Of a stretch of 64,000 bases of DNA, positions 21,400 through 36,219 are shown piece after piece. This DNA comes from Escherichia coli. Lineage in GTDB: Bacteria; Pseudomonadota; Gammaproteobacteria; Enterobacterales; Enterobacteriaceae. Within the stretch, counting starts at the first letter, position 1. Every line of letters begins with the position of its first letter. Location: assembly GCF_003790525.1 (NCBI RefSeq), contig NZ_CP033635.1, one strand, 5' to 3'. The position numbers and the translations under genes were made by a program. The notes under the pieces are model-generated. The model did not search any database. It saw only the letters and a list, made by a program, of their open reading frames with translations, and was not told where the DNA came from.

Positions 21400-22761
21400 A
21401 TGAAACTAAAGACCACATTGTTCGGCAATGTATATCAGTTTAAGGATGTAAAAGAGGTGCTGGCTAAAGCCAACGAACTGCGTTCGGGGGATGTGCTGGC
21501 GGGCGTTGCTGCGGCAAGCTCACAGGAGCGCGTGGCGGCAAAGCAGGTGTTGTCGGAAATGACCGTAGCGGACATCCGCAATAATCCGGTGATTGCCTAT
21601 GAAGATGACTGCGTGACGCGGCTGATTCAGGACGATGTTAACGAAACGGCCTACAACCAGATTAAAAACTGGAGCATCAGCGAACTGCGTGAGTATGTGC
21701 TGAGCGATGAAACCAGCGTGGACGACATTGCCTTTACCCGCAAAGGGCTGACCTCGGAAGTGGTAGCGGCGGTAGCGAAGATTTGCTCCAACGCGGACCT
21801 GATCTACGGCGCGAAGAAAATGCCGGTGATCAAAAAGGCCAATACCACCATCGGTATTCCGGGCACCTTTAGCGCCCGCTTGCAGCCAAACGATACCCGT
21901 GACGATGTGCAAAGTATCGCCGCGCAAATCTACGAAGGGCTTTCCTTCGGGGTGGGCGATGCGGTGATCGGCGTTAACCCGGTGACTGACGACGTGGAAA
22001 ACTTAAGCCGCGTGTTGGATACCATCTATGGCGTGATCGACAAATTCAACATCCCAACTCAGGGCTGCGTACTGGCGCACGTCACCACCCAGATCGAAGC
22101 GATTCGTCGCGGCGCACCGGGCGGGCTGATTTTCCAGAGTATTTGCGGCAGCGAAAAAGGGCTGAAAGAGTTTGGCGTGGAGCTGGCGATGCTCGACGAA
22201 GCGCGCGCAGTGGGTGCAGAGTTTAACCGTATCGCCGGGGAAAACTGCCTCTACTTCGAAACCGGACAAGGTTCGGCGCTGTCCGCTGGCGCTAACTTCG
22301 GCGCTGACCAGGTGACGATGGAAGCGCGTAACTATGGGCTGGCGCGTCATTACGATCCGTTTATCGTCAACACCGTGGTCGGTTTTATTGGGCCGGAGTA
22401 TCTCTACAACGACCGCCAGATTATCCGCGCGGGCTTAGAAGATCACTTTATGGGCAAGCTGAGCGGCATCTCTATGGGCTGTGACTGCTGCTACACCAAC
22501 CACGCTGACGCTGACCAGAACCTCAACGAAAACCTGATGATCCTGCTCGCCACCGCAGGCTGTAACTACATCATGGGGATGCCGCTGGGTGATGACATCA
22601 TGCTCAACTACCAGACTACGGCCTTCCACGACACCGCCACTGTGCGTCAGTTACTCAACCTGCGCCCGTCACCGGAGTTTGAACGCTGGCTGGAAAGCAT
22701 GGGCATTATGGCAAACGGTCGCCTGACCAAACGGGCGGGCGATCCGTCACTGTTCTTCTGA
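21400..22761 (+). CDS. eutB: EutB, ethanolamine ammonia-lyase large subunit
   Basis: 453-aa ORF; 11 bp after eutA. Confidence 0.92.
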   Translation: MKLKTTLFGNVYQFKDVKEVLAKANELRSGDVLAGVAAASSQERVAAKQVLSEMTVADIRNNPVIAYEDDCVTRLIQDDVNETAYNQIKNWSISELREYVLSDETSVDDIAFTRKGLTSEVVAAVAKICSNADLIYGAKKMPVIKKANTTIGIPGTFSARLQPNDTRDDVQSIAAQIYEGLSFGVGDAVIGVNPVTDDVENLSRVLDTIYGVIDKFNIPTQGCVLAHVTTQIEAIRRGAPGGLIFQSICGSEKGLKEFGVELAMLDEARAVGAEFNRIAGENCLYFETGQGSALSAGANFGADQVTMEARNYGLARHYDPFIVNTVVGFIGPEYLYNDRQIIRAGLEDHFMGKLSGISMGCDCCYTNHADADQNLNENLMILLATAGCNYIMGMPLGDDIMLNYQTTAFHDTATVRQLLNLRPSPEFERWLESMGIMANGRLTKRAGDPSLFF

Positions 22762-22781
22762 TGACGCGGAGATAACACATC

Positions 22782-23669
22782 ATGGATCAAAAACAGATTG
22801 AAGAAATTGTACGCAGCGTGATGGCGTCAATGGGACAAGCGGCCCCCGCGCCGTCAGAAGCAAAGTGCGCCACCACCACCTGTACGACACCAGTGACCTC
22901 GGAAAGCTGCGCGCTGGATTTAGGTTCTGCGGAAGCAAAAGCGTGGATTGGTGTGGAAAACCCGCATCGCGCAGACGTATTAACAGAACTGCGTCGCAGC
23001 ACCGTGGCCCGCGTTTGTACCGGTCGTGCCGGTCCGCGTCCGCGTACCCAGGCGTTGCTGCGTTTCCTGGCCGATCACTCTCGTTCGAAAGATACCGTAC
23101 TGAAAGAAGTGCCGGAAGAGTGGGTGAAAGCGCAGGGCTTGCTGGAAGTCCGCTCTGAAATTAGCGACAAAAATCTCTACCTGACTCGTCCGGATATGGG
23201 CCGCCGCCTGTGTGCAGAAGCTGTTGAAGCGCTGAAAGCGCAGTGTGTTGCCAATCCGGACGTGCAGGTCGTTATTTCTGATGGCCTGTCAACTGATGCG
23301 ATCACCGTGAACTACGAAGAGATCCTGCCACCGCTGATGGCGGGCCTGAAACAGGCCGGGCTGAAAGTCGGTACGCCATTCTTTGTTCGTTATGGTCGCG
23401 TGAAGATTGAAGATCAGATCGGTGAGATCCTCGGCGCGAAAGTGGTGATCCTGCTGGTGGGGGAACGCCCGGGATTAGGGCAGTCAGAAAGCCTCTCCTG
23501 CTACGCCGTTTACTCGCCGCGTATTGCAACCACCGTTGAGGCCGATCGTACCTGTATCTCTAACATTCACCAGGGCGGCACGCCGCCGGTTGAAGCCGCA
23601 GCCGTCATTGTGGATTTGGCGAAACGTATGCTGGAGCAGAAAGCATCCGGCATCAACATGACCCGATAA
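22782..23669 (+). CDS. eutC: EutC, ethanolamine ammonia-lyase small subunit
   Basis: 295-aa ORF following eutB. Confidence 0.92.
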   Translation: MDQKQIEEIVRSVMASMGQAAPAPSEAKCATTTCTTPVTSESCALDLGSAEAKAWIGVENPHRADVLTELRRSTVARVCTGRAGPRPRTQALLRFLADHSRSKDTVLKEVPEEWVKAQGLLEVRSEISDKNLYLTRPDMGRRLCAEAVEALKAQCVANPDVQVVISDGLSTDAITVNYEEILPPLMAGLKQAGLKVGTPFFVRYGRVKIEDQIGEILGAKVVILLVGERPGLGQSESLSCYAVYSPRIATTVEADRTCISNIHQGGTPPVEAAAVIVDLAKRMLEQKASGINMTR

Positions 23670-23678
23670 GGAGGCATC

Positions 23679-24338
23679 ATGCCAGCTTTAGATTTGATTC
23701 GACCGTCGGTAACCGCCATGCGGGTGATTGCCTCCGTTAACGCCGAATTTGCACGTGAACTGAAATTGCCGCCGCATATTCGTAGCCTCGGGCTGATTTC
23801 TGCTGATTCAGATGACGTCACCTACATTGCGGCTGACGAAGCGACCAAGCAGGCGATGGTCGAAGTGGTATATGGTCGCTCGCTGTATGCGGGCGCTGCA
23901 CACGGCCCGTCACCGACTGCCGGTGAGGTGCTGATTATGCTGGGTGGGCCAAACCCGGCGGAAGTGCGTGCTGGTCTGGATGCGATGGTTGCGCATATTG
24001 AAAATGGCGCTGCTTTCCAGTGGGCTAATGACGCAGAAAATACAGCCTTCCTGGCACATGTCGTTTCGCGTACCGGTTCTTATCTCTCATCAACCGCCGG
24101 GATCACGCCTGGCGATCCGATGGCGTATCTGGTGGCACCGCCGCTGGAAGCGACCTACGGCATTGATGCAGCGTTGAAATCTGCCGACGTGCAGCTGGTG
24201 ACCTATGTCCCGCCACCGTCTGAAACCAACTACTCGGCAGCATTTTTAACCGGTAGCCAGGCCGCGTGTAAAGCAGCCTGTAACGCCTTTACCGATGCAG
24301 TGCTGGAAATCGCGCGTAATCCAATCCAGCGTGCGTAA
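23679..24338 (+). CDS. eutL: EutL, tandem-BMC-domain shell protein
   Basis: 219-aa ORF; eut synteny. Confidence 0.9.
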   Translation: MPALDLIRPSVTAMRVIASVNAEFARELKLPPHIRSLGLISADSDDVTYIAADEATKQAMVEVVYGRSLYAGAAHGPSPTAGEVLIMLGGPNPAEVRAGLDAMVAHIENGAAFQWANDAENTAFLAHVVSRTGSYLSSTAGITPGDPMAYLVAPPLEATYGIDAALKSADVQLVTYVPPPSETNYSAAFLTGSQAACKAACNAFTDAVLEIARNPIQRA

Positions 24339-24350
24339 CGGAGGTTGCCG

Positions 24351-24851
24351 ATGATCAATGCACTGGGATTGCTGGAAGTGGACGGCATGGTCGCCGCGAT
24401 AGATGCAGCTGATGCCATACTCAAAGCAGCTAACGTTCGTCTGCTCAGTCATGAAGTGCTTGACCCTGGTCGCCTAACGCTGGTGGTGGAAGGCGATCTG
24501 GCGGCGTGTCGTGCGGCGCTGGACGCAGGTTGTGCTGCCGCGATGCGTACCGGGCGTGTCATCAGCCGTAAGGAGATCGGTCGGCCAGACGATGACACCC
24601 AGTGGCTGGTTACTGGCTTTAACCGCCAGCCGAAGCAACCCGTAAAGGAACCCGACGCGCCAGTTATCGTCGCGGAATCTGCTGACGAGTTGTTGGCGCT
24701 GTTAACATCAGTACGTCAGGGAATGACGGCAGGAGAAGTGGCTGCCCACTTTGGCTGGCCGCTGGAAAAAGCCAGAAATGCGCTCGAACAGCTCTTTTCT
24801 GCCGGGACGTTACGTAAACGCAGTAGTCGTTACCGTCTCAAGCCCCATTAA
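24351..24851 (+). CDS. eutK: EutK, BMC shell protein with C-terminal helix-turn-helix-like tail
   Basis: ORF-track start is a TTG at 24345; ATG at 24351 (MINALGLLEVDG) has AACGGAGG RBS 6 nt upstream. Confidence 0.88.
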   Translation: MINALGLLEVDGMVAAIDAADAILKAANVRLLSHEVLDPGRLTLVVEGDLAACRAALDAGCAAAMRTGRVISRKEIGRPDDDTQWLVTGFNRQPKQPVKEPDAPVIVAESADELLALLTSVRQGMTAGEVAAHFGWPLEKARNALEQLFSAGTLRKRSSRYRLKPH

Positions 24852-24896
24852 CCTGTCGGAGGTGCCGGGTGTCCTACAACACCCGGCATTAACATC

Positions 24897-25949
24897 ATGA
24901 AAAAGACCCGTACAGCCAATTTGCACCATCTTTATCATGAACCCTTACCCGAAAACCTGAAGCTCACGCCGAAGGTCGAAGTGGATAATGTTCATCAACG
25001 ACAGACAACGGATGTCTATGAACATGCTTTGACAATTACCGCCTGGCAGCAGATTTACGATCAGCTGCATCCGGGCAAGTTTCATGGTGAATTTACGGAA
25101 ATTCTACTCGATGATATTCAGGTTTTTCGTGAATACACTGGTCTGGCGCTGCGTCAGTCGTGCCTGGTCTGGCCGAACTCGTTCTGGTTTGGCATTCCGG
25201 CGACGCGCGGTGAGCAGGGATTTATCGGTTCGCAATGTCTGGGAAGCGCAGAAATTGCGACGCGCCCGGGTGGAACCGAGTTTGAATTAAGTACGCCGGA
25301 CGATTACACGATCCTGGGCGTAGTGCTTTCTGAAGATGTCATCACTCGTCAGGCTAACTTTTTGCATAATCCGGATCGGGTATTACATATGCTGCGTAGC
25401 CAGTCGGCGTTGGAAGTGAAAGAGCAGCATAAAGCCGCGCTGTGGGGCTTTGTCCAACAGGCGCTGGCGACATTTTGCGAGAACCCGGAAAATCTTCATC
25501 AGCCTGCTGTGCGTAAAGTGCTGGGGGATAATTTGCTCATGGCGATGGGGGCGATGCTGGAAGAAGCGCAGCCAATGGTGACGGCGGAAAGCATCAGTCA
25601 TCAGAGTTACCGTCGATTGCTTTCCCGCGCCCGTGAATATGTGCTGGAAAACATGTCTGAACCGGTAACGGTGTTGGAGTTGTGCAATCAATTGCATGTC
25701 AGCCGCCGCACGCTACAAAACGCGTTTCACGCTATTTTAGGCATTGGCCCAAACGCGTGGCTGAAACGCATTCGCCTGAACGCCGTACGCCGCGAACTGA
25801 TAAGCCCGTGGTCGCAAAGCACAACGGTAAAAGACGCCGCCATGCAGTGGGGATTCTGGCATCTGGGGCAATTTGCCACGGATTACCAGCAGCTGTTTGC
25901 CGAGAAGCCGTCACTGACGCTGCATCAGCGGATGCGGGAGTGGGGGTGA
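24897..25949 (+). CDS. eutR: EutR, AraC-family activator of the eut operon
   Basis: 350-aa ORF with C-terminal AraC-type HTH; last gene of cluster. Confidence 0.9.
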   Translation: MKKTRTANLHHLYHEPLPENLKLTPKVEVDNVHQRQTTDVYEHALTITAWQQIYDQLHPGKFHGEFTEILLDDIQVFREYTGLALRQSCLVWPNSFWFGIPATRGEQGFIGSQCLGSAEIATRPGGTEFELSTPDDYTILGVVLSEDVITRQANFLHNPDRVLHMLRSQSALEVKEQHKAALWGFVQQALATFCENPENLHQPAVRKVLGDNLLMAMGAMLEEAQPMVTAESISHQSYRRLLSRAREYVLENMSEPVTVLELCNQLHVSRRTLQNAFHAILGIGPNAWLKRIRLNAVRRELISPWSQSTTVKDAAMQWGFWHLGQFATDYQQLFAEKPSLTLHQRMREWG

Positions 25950-25954
25950 GGGAG

Positions 25955-26857
<903 letters not shown>

Positions 26858-27727
26858 TTACCGCTTTCTCGAGTGTGCTTTCTGGTTGTCAAACCAGTGG
26901 AAATAACTGATCACGCCTTCGGCAATCGCTGTGGCGATTTTCTGGCGAAACGCTGCAGTGCCTAACAGCCGCTCTTCTTCCGGGTTGGTGATAAACGAGG
27001 TTTCCACCAGCACCGACGGAACCGACGGCGATTTCAACACCACAAACGCGGCTTGTTCGGTGTTGCGGCTGTGCAGTTTATGCACCGGCTTAATCTTTTT
27101 CAGAATATGCGAGCCGAGCGTCAGGCTGTTTTTAATAGTATCGGTTTGCACCAGATCAAACAGCACTTGCTGCAATAGGTGATCCTTGTCAGTCGCCTTT
27201 TTACCGGCAACTTCATCGGCGCGGTTTTCGCGTTCAGACAGGTATTTCGCCATTGCGCTACTTGCGCCGCGGTTAGAGAGAGCAAATACCGAAGCACCGG
27301 CAGCTTTCGGGTTAGTAAAGCCGTCGGCATGAATTGACATAAACAGGTCTGCGCCGTGTTTATGGGCGATTTCAACGCGATCGTACAGCGGGATAAACGT
27401 ATCGCCAGAACGCGTTAAACGCGCATCAATGCCATGATTACGCAAAATGGAACGGACGTTTTTAGCAATCGCCAGCACCACATGTTTTTCTTTCGAACCG
27501 TTGCGTCCGATCGCTCCGGTATCAATCCCGCCGTGGCCTGGATCGAGAACAACGACACGTTTGCCGCCGTTTTTTTTTGCTTTCGGCTTGCTGTGTCCGT
27601 TGCTGGTTTTTAAAGGTTCTTCTTTGGCGATGGCTTGCGACATTCCTGACAACGTCAGGGCAGCCAATCCGGCTTTCAGCACCTGGCGGCGCGAAGTGAG
27701 TGTTTTTAGTGGTTTAAAAGTGCTCAT
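26858..27727 (-). CDS. amiA: N-acetylmuramoyl-L-alanine amidase AmiA
   Basis: 289-aa ORF with twin-arginine signal (SRRQVLKAGLAAL) and amidase_3 sequence; directly upstream of hemF. Confidence 0.9.
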   Translation of the reverse strand: MSTFKPLKTLTSRRQVLKAGLAALTLSGMSQAIAKEEPLKTSNGHSKPKAKKNGGKRVVVLDPGHGGIDTGAIGRNGSKEKHVVLAIAKNVRSILRNHGIDARLTRSGDTFIPLYDRVEIAHKHGADLFMSIHADGFTNPKAAGASVFALSNRGASSAMAKYLSERENRADEVAGKKATDKDHLLQQVLFDLVQTDTIKNSLTLGSHILKKIKPVHKLHSRNTEQAAFVVLKSPSVPSVLVETSFITNPEEERLLGTAAFRQKIATAIAEGVISYFHWFDNQKAHSRKR

Positions 27728-27940
27728 ACGGCCTGAGTTGTAATAATAAAGTTCCAGATGTTATATCGTATCGCGTAATCCGTTACGACGGTTTGCTGTT
27801 GAGAATTGTTTTACTTTTCATTTCAATAGTTGACAACTCCCCATTATGCCACTTTTTCAACCGATTTTCGTCAGATATTGGCTAATTCGACCGTTCACGC
27901 CATAATCAGCCTTTTAACCCGCAAAAAGGTAACGAATACC

Positions 27941-28366
27941 ATGGAGATACGCGTATTTCGCCAGGAAGATTTCGAAGAGGTCATCACCCTTTGGGAGCGT
28001 TGCGACTTGCTGCGTCCGTGGAACGATCCGGAAATGGACATCGAGCGTAAGATGAACCATGACGTCAGTTTGTTTCTGGTCGCTGAGGTAAACGGTGAAG
28101 TGGTCGGAACGGTGATGGGCGGTTATGACGGGCATCGCGGGTCTGCTTATTATCTTGGCGTGCATCCAGAGTTTCGTGGGCGTGGGATTGCTAATGCGTT
28201 GCTTAATCGGTTGGAGAAAAAGCTGATTGCTCGCGGCTGTCCGAAAATTCAGATCAACGTGCCGGAAGATAACGACATGGTGCTCGGAATGTATGAACGC
28301 CTGGGATATGAACACGCCGACGTGCTGAGTCTGGGTAAGCGTTTGATTGAAGATGAAGAGTACTGA
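27941..28366 (+). CDS. ypeA: GNAT-family N-acetyltransferase
   Basis: ORF trimmed to ATG 27941 ([14 protein letters not shown]); acetyl-CoA-binding motif [10 protein letters not shown]. Confidence 0.88.
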
Positions 28367-28802
28367 GTTTCATCCTGTCCATTATGATGCGCACGGTCGC
28401 CTGCGTTTACCCTTGCTCTTCTGGCTTGTGCTATTGCTTCAGGCGCGAACCTGGGTGCTGTTTGTCATTGCCGGTGCGTCGCGCGAGCAGGGTACTGCGC
28501 TGCTAAATCTGTTTTATCCCGATCACGATAATTTCTGGCTGGGGTTGATTCCCGGTATTCCGGCGGTGCTGGCATTTTTGCTGAGTGGTCGGCGGGCTTC
28601 ATTTCCCCGTATCTGGCATGTGCTCTATTTTCTGTTGCTGTTGGCGCAGGTGGTTTTACTTTGTTGGCAACCGTGGCTGTGGCTGAACGGTGAATCCGTT
28701 AGCGGTATCGGTCTGGCGCTGGTAGTGGCGGATATCGTGGCGTTAATCTGGCTGCTGACCAATCGACGTTTACGCGCTTGTTTTAATGAAGAAAAAGAAT
28801 AA
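28347..28802 (+). CDS. yfeZ: Inner-membrane protein of unknown function
   Basis: 151-aa hydrophobic ORF overlapping ypeA 3' end by 20 nt. Confidence 0.8.
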
Positions 28803-28862
28803 CGGCACTTTTTGGTGAATTTGCACTCCAAGCAACGTTATTGAATAACCAAAGGAAGTGAC

Positions 28863-29438
28863 ATGAAATCGCTGCGTTTAATGTTATGCGCTATGCCGTT
28901 GATGCTGACCGGCTGTTCCACGATGTCGTCAGTTAACTGGTCGGCCGCTAACCCGTGGAACTGGTTTGGATCATCCACCAAAGTGAGCGAGCAGGGCGTG
29001 GGTGAATTAACGGCGTCCACACCACTGCAAGAACAAGCCATTGCTGATGCGCTTGATGGCGATTATCGCCTGCGCAGCGGAATGAAAACCGCGAACGGCA
29101 ACGTGGTGCGCTTTTTTGAAGTGATGAAAGGCGACAACGTGGCGATGGTGATTAACGGTGATCAAGGCACGATCAGCCGCATTGATGTGCTGGATAGCGA
29201 TATTCCTGCTGACACCGGTGTTAAAATCGGTACACCGTTTAGTGACCTTTACAGCAAAGCATTTGGCAATTGCCAAAAGGCCGACAGTGATGATAATCGT
29301 GCCGTCGAATGTAAAGCCGAAGGCAGTCAACATATTAGCTACCAGTTCAGCGGGGAATGGAGTGGCCCTGAAGGGTTAATGCCTTCGGACGATACCCTGA
29401 AAAACTGGAAAGTCAGTAAAATTATCTGGCGGCGTTAA
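28863..29438 (+). CDS. yfeY: Lipoprotein of unknown function
   Basis: 191-aa ORF with lipobox (LMLTGCS) after signal peptide. Confidence 0.85.
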   Translation: MKSLRLMLCAMPLMLTGCSTMSSVNWSAANPWNWFGSSTKVSEQGVGELTASTPLQEQAIADALDGDYRLRSGMKTANGNVVRFFEVMKGDNVAMVINGDQGTISRIDVLDSDIPADTGVKIGTPFSDLYSKAFGNCQKADSDDNRAVECKAEGSQHISYQFSGEWSGPEGLMPSDDTLKNWKVSKIIWRR

Positions 29439-29449
29439 TTTGCGTCTGA

Positions 29450-30433
<984 letters not shown>

Positions 30434-30453
30434 GCGTTTCTGATTCATTGATT

Positions 30454-30489
30454 AAAGGCCAGCCAGTAACACAACTGACTGGCCTTTTT
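30454..30489. terminator. Bidirectional rho-independent terminator between convergent yfeX and yfeW
   Basis: Stem aaaggccag / ctggccttt with inner 4-bp extension, flanked by A-run and T-run. Confidence 0.7.
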
Positions 30490-30490
30490 A

Positions 30491-31792
30491 TTACTGCTTT
30501 AACGCCGCATACACCTGATCAACTACCCAACCATAAGTTGCAATCGGTAGCTGACCGCTTTCGAACATATTGGGATTTTTTTGTGGATCGGCAACTGGCG
30601 AATGTGGCTTGTTGCTTAACATCACAATCGCCATATGATTCACCGGATCGATAACGGTCACCGTCCCGGTCCAACCTGTGTGACCGTAGGTTTGCGGGCT
30701 TGCCAGCGTGCCAAACGTCGGCGTCATGGTGGCATTACCATTCACGCGCCAGCCAAGGCCAAAAGTGGCATCTTCCTTAGAGCTGGTGGTGAACATCTTC
30801 ACCGTTTCTGCATTGAACAGCTGCACATCACCATAGCCACCGCCGTTCAGCATCGTTTGCATTAACACCGCAATATCGCCGGTATTGGAAAACAAACCTG
30901 CGTGCCCGGAAACACCGCCCATCGAATAAAAGGCTTTTTCATCGTGCACCTGACCCCAGAGAGTGGAGGTGCGGATATTCGGGAAGTGAATCACGCCATC
31001 GCGGGTATTGCCGTTCAGTTCCGTGGCGGCAATTTGCTGTGGTTTAAAGCCTTTCAACAGCGGATTAAACACCGTATGCGTCAGGCCGAGCGGGCGATAA
31101 ATCGACTCTTCAACATAGTGGTCAAGCGGCTGACCGGTGACCGACTCGACGATAAATCCAAGCAGCATATAATCGACATCGCTGTAGATATGCTTGCTGC
31201 CGGGCTGATACTCCAGCGGCGTGCGCTTGATCATCTCCAGCGTCTGGCCTTTATCCTGGGAATATAACGCGCCCGCGACCGCTTTATTCGGGTATTGCGG
31301 ATCTGCCGGGAAACCGCCGCTGTGATGCAGCAGATCAGAAATCCGCAGCGTGTTTTTGCCTTTGATCGCATCGTTCGGGCTGTCGGCAAACCCTGGAATA
31401 TATTTCGCAATCCGATCGTCAGGATGCAGTTTGCCTTCGCTCATCAGCTTTTGCAGCGCGAAGTTAGTGGCGTACATCTTGGTGTTTGAGGCCAGATCAT
31501 ACAGCGTCCCGGTGGTGGCTTTTACAGGCTGCGCCATTAACGCGCTGCCATCGTACTTTTTCGCCGCGCCCCAGGCTTTGCGATAAACAATCTGATTATC
31601 TTTTATAATCAGCAGGTTTACGCCGGGATAACCGGCATCAACTTGCTGGCTTATCCAGCGATCCATCTGATTAAGCCGTTCGACGTTAAACCCTGCCTTC
31701 TCTGGCGAACTTTCTGTCAGAACAGGGTATTTTGCGGCGCTGACGCTACAGCTGACAGCCAGCAGAGAAAGATAGAGCATTGTCCGTTTCAT
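30491..31792 (-). CDS. yfeW: Penicillin-binding protein 4B (class C low-MW PBP / beta-lactamase fold)
   Basis: ORF trimmed to ATG 31790-31792 (MKRTMLYLSLLAVSCSVSA signal peptide); the longer ORF-track extension would overlap murP. Confidence 0.85.
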   Translation of the reverse strand: MKRTMLYLSLLAVSCSVSAAKYPVLTESSPEKAGFNVERLNQMDRWISQQVDAGYPGVNLLIIKDNQIVYRKAWGAAKKYDGSALMAQPVKATTGTLYDLASNTKMYATNFALQKLMSEGKLHPDDRIAKYIPGFADSPNDAIKGKNTLRISDLLHHSGGFPADPQYPNKAVAGALYSQDKGQTLEMIKRTPLEYQPGSKHIYSDVDYMLLGFIVESVTGQPLDHYVEESIYRPLGLTHTVFNPLLKGFKPQQIAATELNGNTRDGVIHFPNIRTSTLWGQVHDEKAFYSMGGVSGHAGLFSNTGDIAVLMQTMLNGGGYGDVQLFNAETVKMFTTSSKEDATFGLGWRVNGNATMTPTFGTLASPQTYGHTGWTGTVTVIDPVNHMAIVMLSNKPHSPVADPQKNPNMFESGQLPIATYGWVVDQVYAALKQ

Positions 31793-31796
31793 ATTA

Positions 31797-33221
<1,425 letters not shown>

Positions 33222-33224
33222 GGG

Positions 33225-34121
33225 TTATTCCTTTTCCAGAGCCTTGCGAATAAAACCGCCGTGTTGATCCAGGCATTTTTTAGCTTCATCGGCATCGAGA
33301 TTTTTCAGTACCATCACAATGGCCGTTTTACAGTTGCGCTTGCAAGCAATTAACGCTGTTTCCGCTTGTTCGGCGCTACATCCGGTGGCGTTTTTAACGA
33401 TATTGACCTGGCGCACATGCAATTTTTCGTTGGTGGCGACCACATCGACCATCAGGTTGCCGAACACTTTGCCGGATTTAATCATCAGCCCGGTAGAGAG
33501 CATATTGAGCACCAGTTTCTGCGCTGTGCCTGCTTTCATTCGCGAAGAACCGGTAACCACTTCGGCACCAACCACCGGCGTAATAGCAAACTCAGCGGTG
33601 GTGGAAACCGCGCTCCCTGGATTACAGGAAATTCCCACTGTGCGGCAGCCGAGCTGGTGTGCGTATTCCAGTCCGGCAATTACATACGGCGTGCGACCAC
33701 TGGCCGCAATGCCAACCACCACATCCTGCGCGGTTAAGCCGATGTTTTTCAGATCGTTAACACCACCTTCCCGGCTATCTTCAGCGCCTTCCACCGCGTG
33801 CTGAATGGCATATTCGCCTCCAGCAATCAAACCAACCACCAAACCCGGTTTCACGCCGTAGGTCGGCGGACATTCGCTGGCATCAAGAATCCCCAGACGA
33901 CCGGATGTTCCCGCACCGAGATAAATCAGACGACCGCCGCCGCTTACCTGGGCGTGGATAACATCGATTGCCGCGGCGATATCCGGCAGTACGCGCTCAA
34001 CGGCAAGCGGCACGGTTTTATCTTCATCGTTGATAATCCGGCACATTTCCAGCGTTGATACGCGGTCAATTTCAGCCGAGGCGGCATTCGAGCCTTCAGT
34101 AATCATCTTTTCAAGTTGCAT
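33225..34121 (-). CDS. murQ: N-acetylmuramic acid 6-phosphate etherase
   Basis: 298-aa SIS-domain ORF upstream of murP. Confidence 0.9.
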
Positions 34122-34284
34122 CGGTGGTGACCTTACTATTTACGATCAAATAATTGCAGATGTATGGAATCATATATCCCGAATTGACAGACTTAAAGGA
34201 ATCATTGAGTCTACACTCGCAGAGTGTGAAGAGCGTCATAAGAACTTAAGCGGAATTTTTGCTGCCAGCCCAGGAGAGTGGAAG

Positions 34285-35142
34285 ATGTTGTACCTGACGA
34301 AAATACGCAATGCGGAAAGTGAATTTACCGGGAACGAGCAAAAAATTGCTGACTTTCTGCGGGCCAACGTGAGTGAGCTGAAATCCGTCTCTTCGCGCAA
34401 GATGGCGAAACAGCTCGGCATCAGCCAGTCGAGTATTGTGAAGTTTGCCCAGAAGCTCGGCGCGCAAGGATTTACTGAATTGCGTATGGCGTTAATTGGC
34501 GAATACAGTGCCAGCCGGGAGAAAACGAATGCCACGGCGCTGCACCTGCACAGTTCGATTACCAGTGATGATTCGCTGGAAGTGATTGCCCGTAAACTGA
34601 ATCGCGAAAAAGAGCAGGCGCTGGAGCAAACCTGCGCGTTGTTTGACTACGCGCGGCTGCAAAAAATCATTGAGGTCATCAGTAAAGCACCGTTTATCCA
34701 GATAACGGGCCTGGGCGGGTCGGCGCTGGTGGGGCGCGATCTGTCGTTCAAACTGATGAAAATTGGTTATCGCGTGGCCTGTGAGGCCGACACCCACGTA
34801 CAAGCCACCGTTTCTCAGGCGCTAAAAAAAGGCGATGTACAAATCGCTATCTCTTACAGTGGCAGTAAAAAAGAGATTGTCTTGTGCGCCGAGGCAGCGC
34901 GAAAGCAGGGGGCGACGGTGATTGCCATTACCTCATTAACCGATTCCCCGCTGCGGCGGCTGGCGCATTACACCCTCGATACCGTTTCTGGCGAAACCGA
35001 ATGGCGCAGCTCGTCGATGTCCACCCGCACGGCGCAAAATTCTGTTACCGATTTACTGTTTGTTGGCCTTGTGCAACTCAATGATGTGGAGTCATTGAAA
35101 ATGATTGAGCGCAGCAGTGAGCTAACGCAACGCCTGAAATGA
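34285..35142 (+). CDS. murR: RpiR/SIS-family repressor MurR
   Basis: ORF trimmed to ATG 34285 ([25 protein letters not shown]); divergent from murQP. Confidence 0.88.
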
Positions 35143-35270
35143 TGCATAAAGCAGCGACTGGATTGAGATTTTCCTGAATTAGTGAGCTGATCCGCAGCAA
35201 TATTTTGTTTATCCTGTATTTTCAGAGGGAATGGAGTGTAACGCTCTGTATTAACAAGGAGAGCATTAAA

Positions 35271-36062
35271 ATGGGTAAACTCACGGGCAAGACAGCACTG
35301 ATTACGGGCGCATTGCAGGGAATTGGCGAAGGAATTGCCAGAACTTTTGCGCGTCATGGCGCAAACCTAATCTTGCTGGATATCTCCCCTGAGATCGAAA
35401 AGCTGGCGGACGAACTGTGTGGTCGTGGTCATCGCTGTACGGCGGTTGTCGCCGATGTGCGTGACCCGGCGTCGGTCGCCGCAGCTATCAAGCGTGCGAA
35501 GGAAAAAGAAGGGCGCATTGATATCCTGGTGAATAACGCAGGCGTTTGTCGTCTGGGAAGTTTCCTCGATATGAGCGATGAAGATCGCGATTTCCATATT
35601 GATATCAATATAAAAGGCGTATGGAACGTCACGAAGGCGGTGTTGCCGGAGATGATTGCCCGCAAAGATGGTCGCATTGTGATGATGTCTTCAGTCACTG
35701 GCGATATGGTGGCCGATCCGGGTGAAACGGCGTATGCCTTAACGAAAGCGGCGATTGTTGGCCTGACTAAATCGCTGGCGGTGGAGTACGCGCAGTCTGG
35801 TATTCGCGTTAACGCCATCTGCCCCGGATACGTTCGCACGCCAATGGCGGAAAGCATTGCCCGCCAGTCGAACCCGGAAGATCCAGAATCGGTGCTGACT
35901 GAAATGGCGAAAGCAATCCCGATGCGTCGCCTCGCCGATCCGCTGGAAGTCGGCGAACTGGCGGCCTTCCTCGCATCGGATGAATCCAGCTATTTAACCG
36001 GTACACAGAATGTGATTGATGGCGGCAGCACACTGCCGGAGACGGTTAGCGTCGGCATCTGA
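35271..36062 (+). CDS. ucpA: Short-chain dehydrogenase/reductase UcpA
   Basis: ORF trimmed to ATG 35271 (MGKLTGKTALITGALQGIG) with AGGAGA RBS; SDR motifs. Confidence 0.9.
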   Translation: MGKLTGKTALITGALQGIGEGIARTFARHGANLILLDISPEIEKLADELCGRGHRCTAVVADVRDPASVAAAIKRAKEKEGRIDILVNNAGVCRLGSFLDMSDEDRDFHIDINIKGVWNVTKAVLPEMIARKDGRIVMMSSVTGDMVADPGETAYALTKAAIVGLTKSLAVEYAQSGIRVNAICPGYVRTPMAESIARQSNPEDPESVLTEMAKAIPMRRLADPLEVGELAAFLASDESSYLTGTQNVIDGGSTLPETVSVGI

Positions 36063-36075
36063 TTCACCTCTGTTT

Positions 36076-36105
36076 CCTCCCTGCATTTGTGGGGAGGATT
36101 TCGTC
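36076..36105 (+). terminator. Putative rho-independent terminator after ucpA
   Basis: Stem tcctccc / gggagga followed by T-rich tract. Confidence 0.4.
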
Positions 36106-36219
36106 TTATTCCCTTTTCAACTTCCAAATCACCAAACGGTATATAAAACCGTTACTCCTTTCACGTCCGTTATAAATATGATGGCTATTAGAAAGTCATT
36201 TAATTAATAAGGGTGCGCA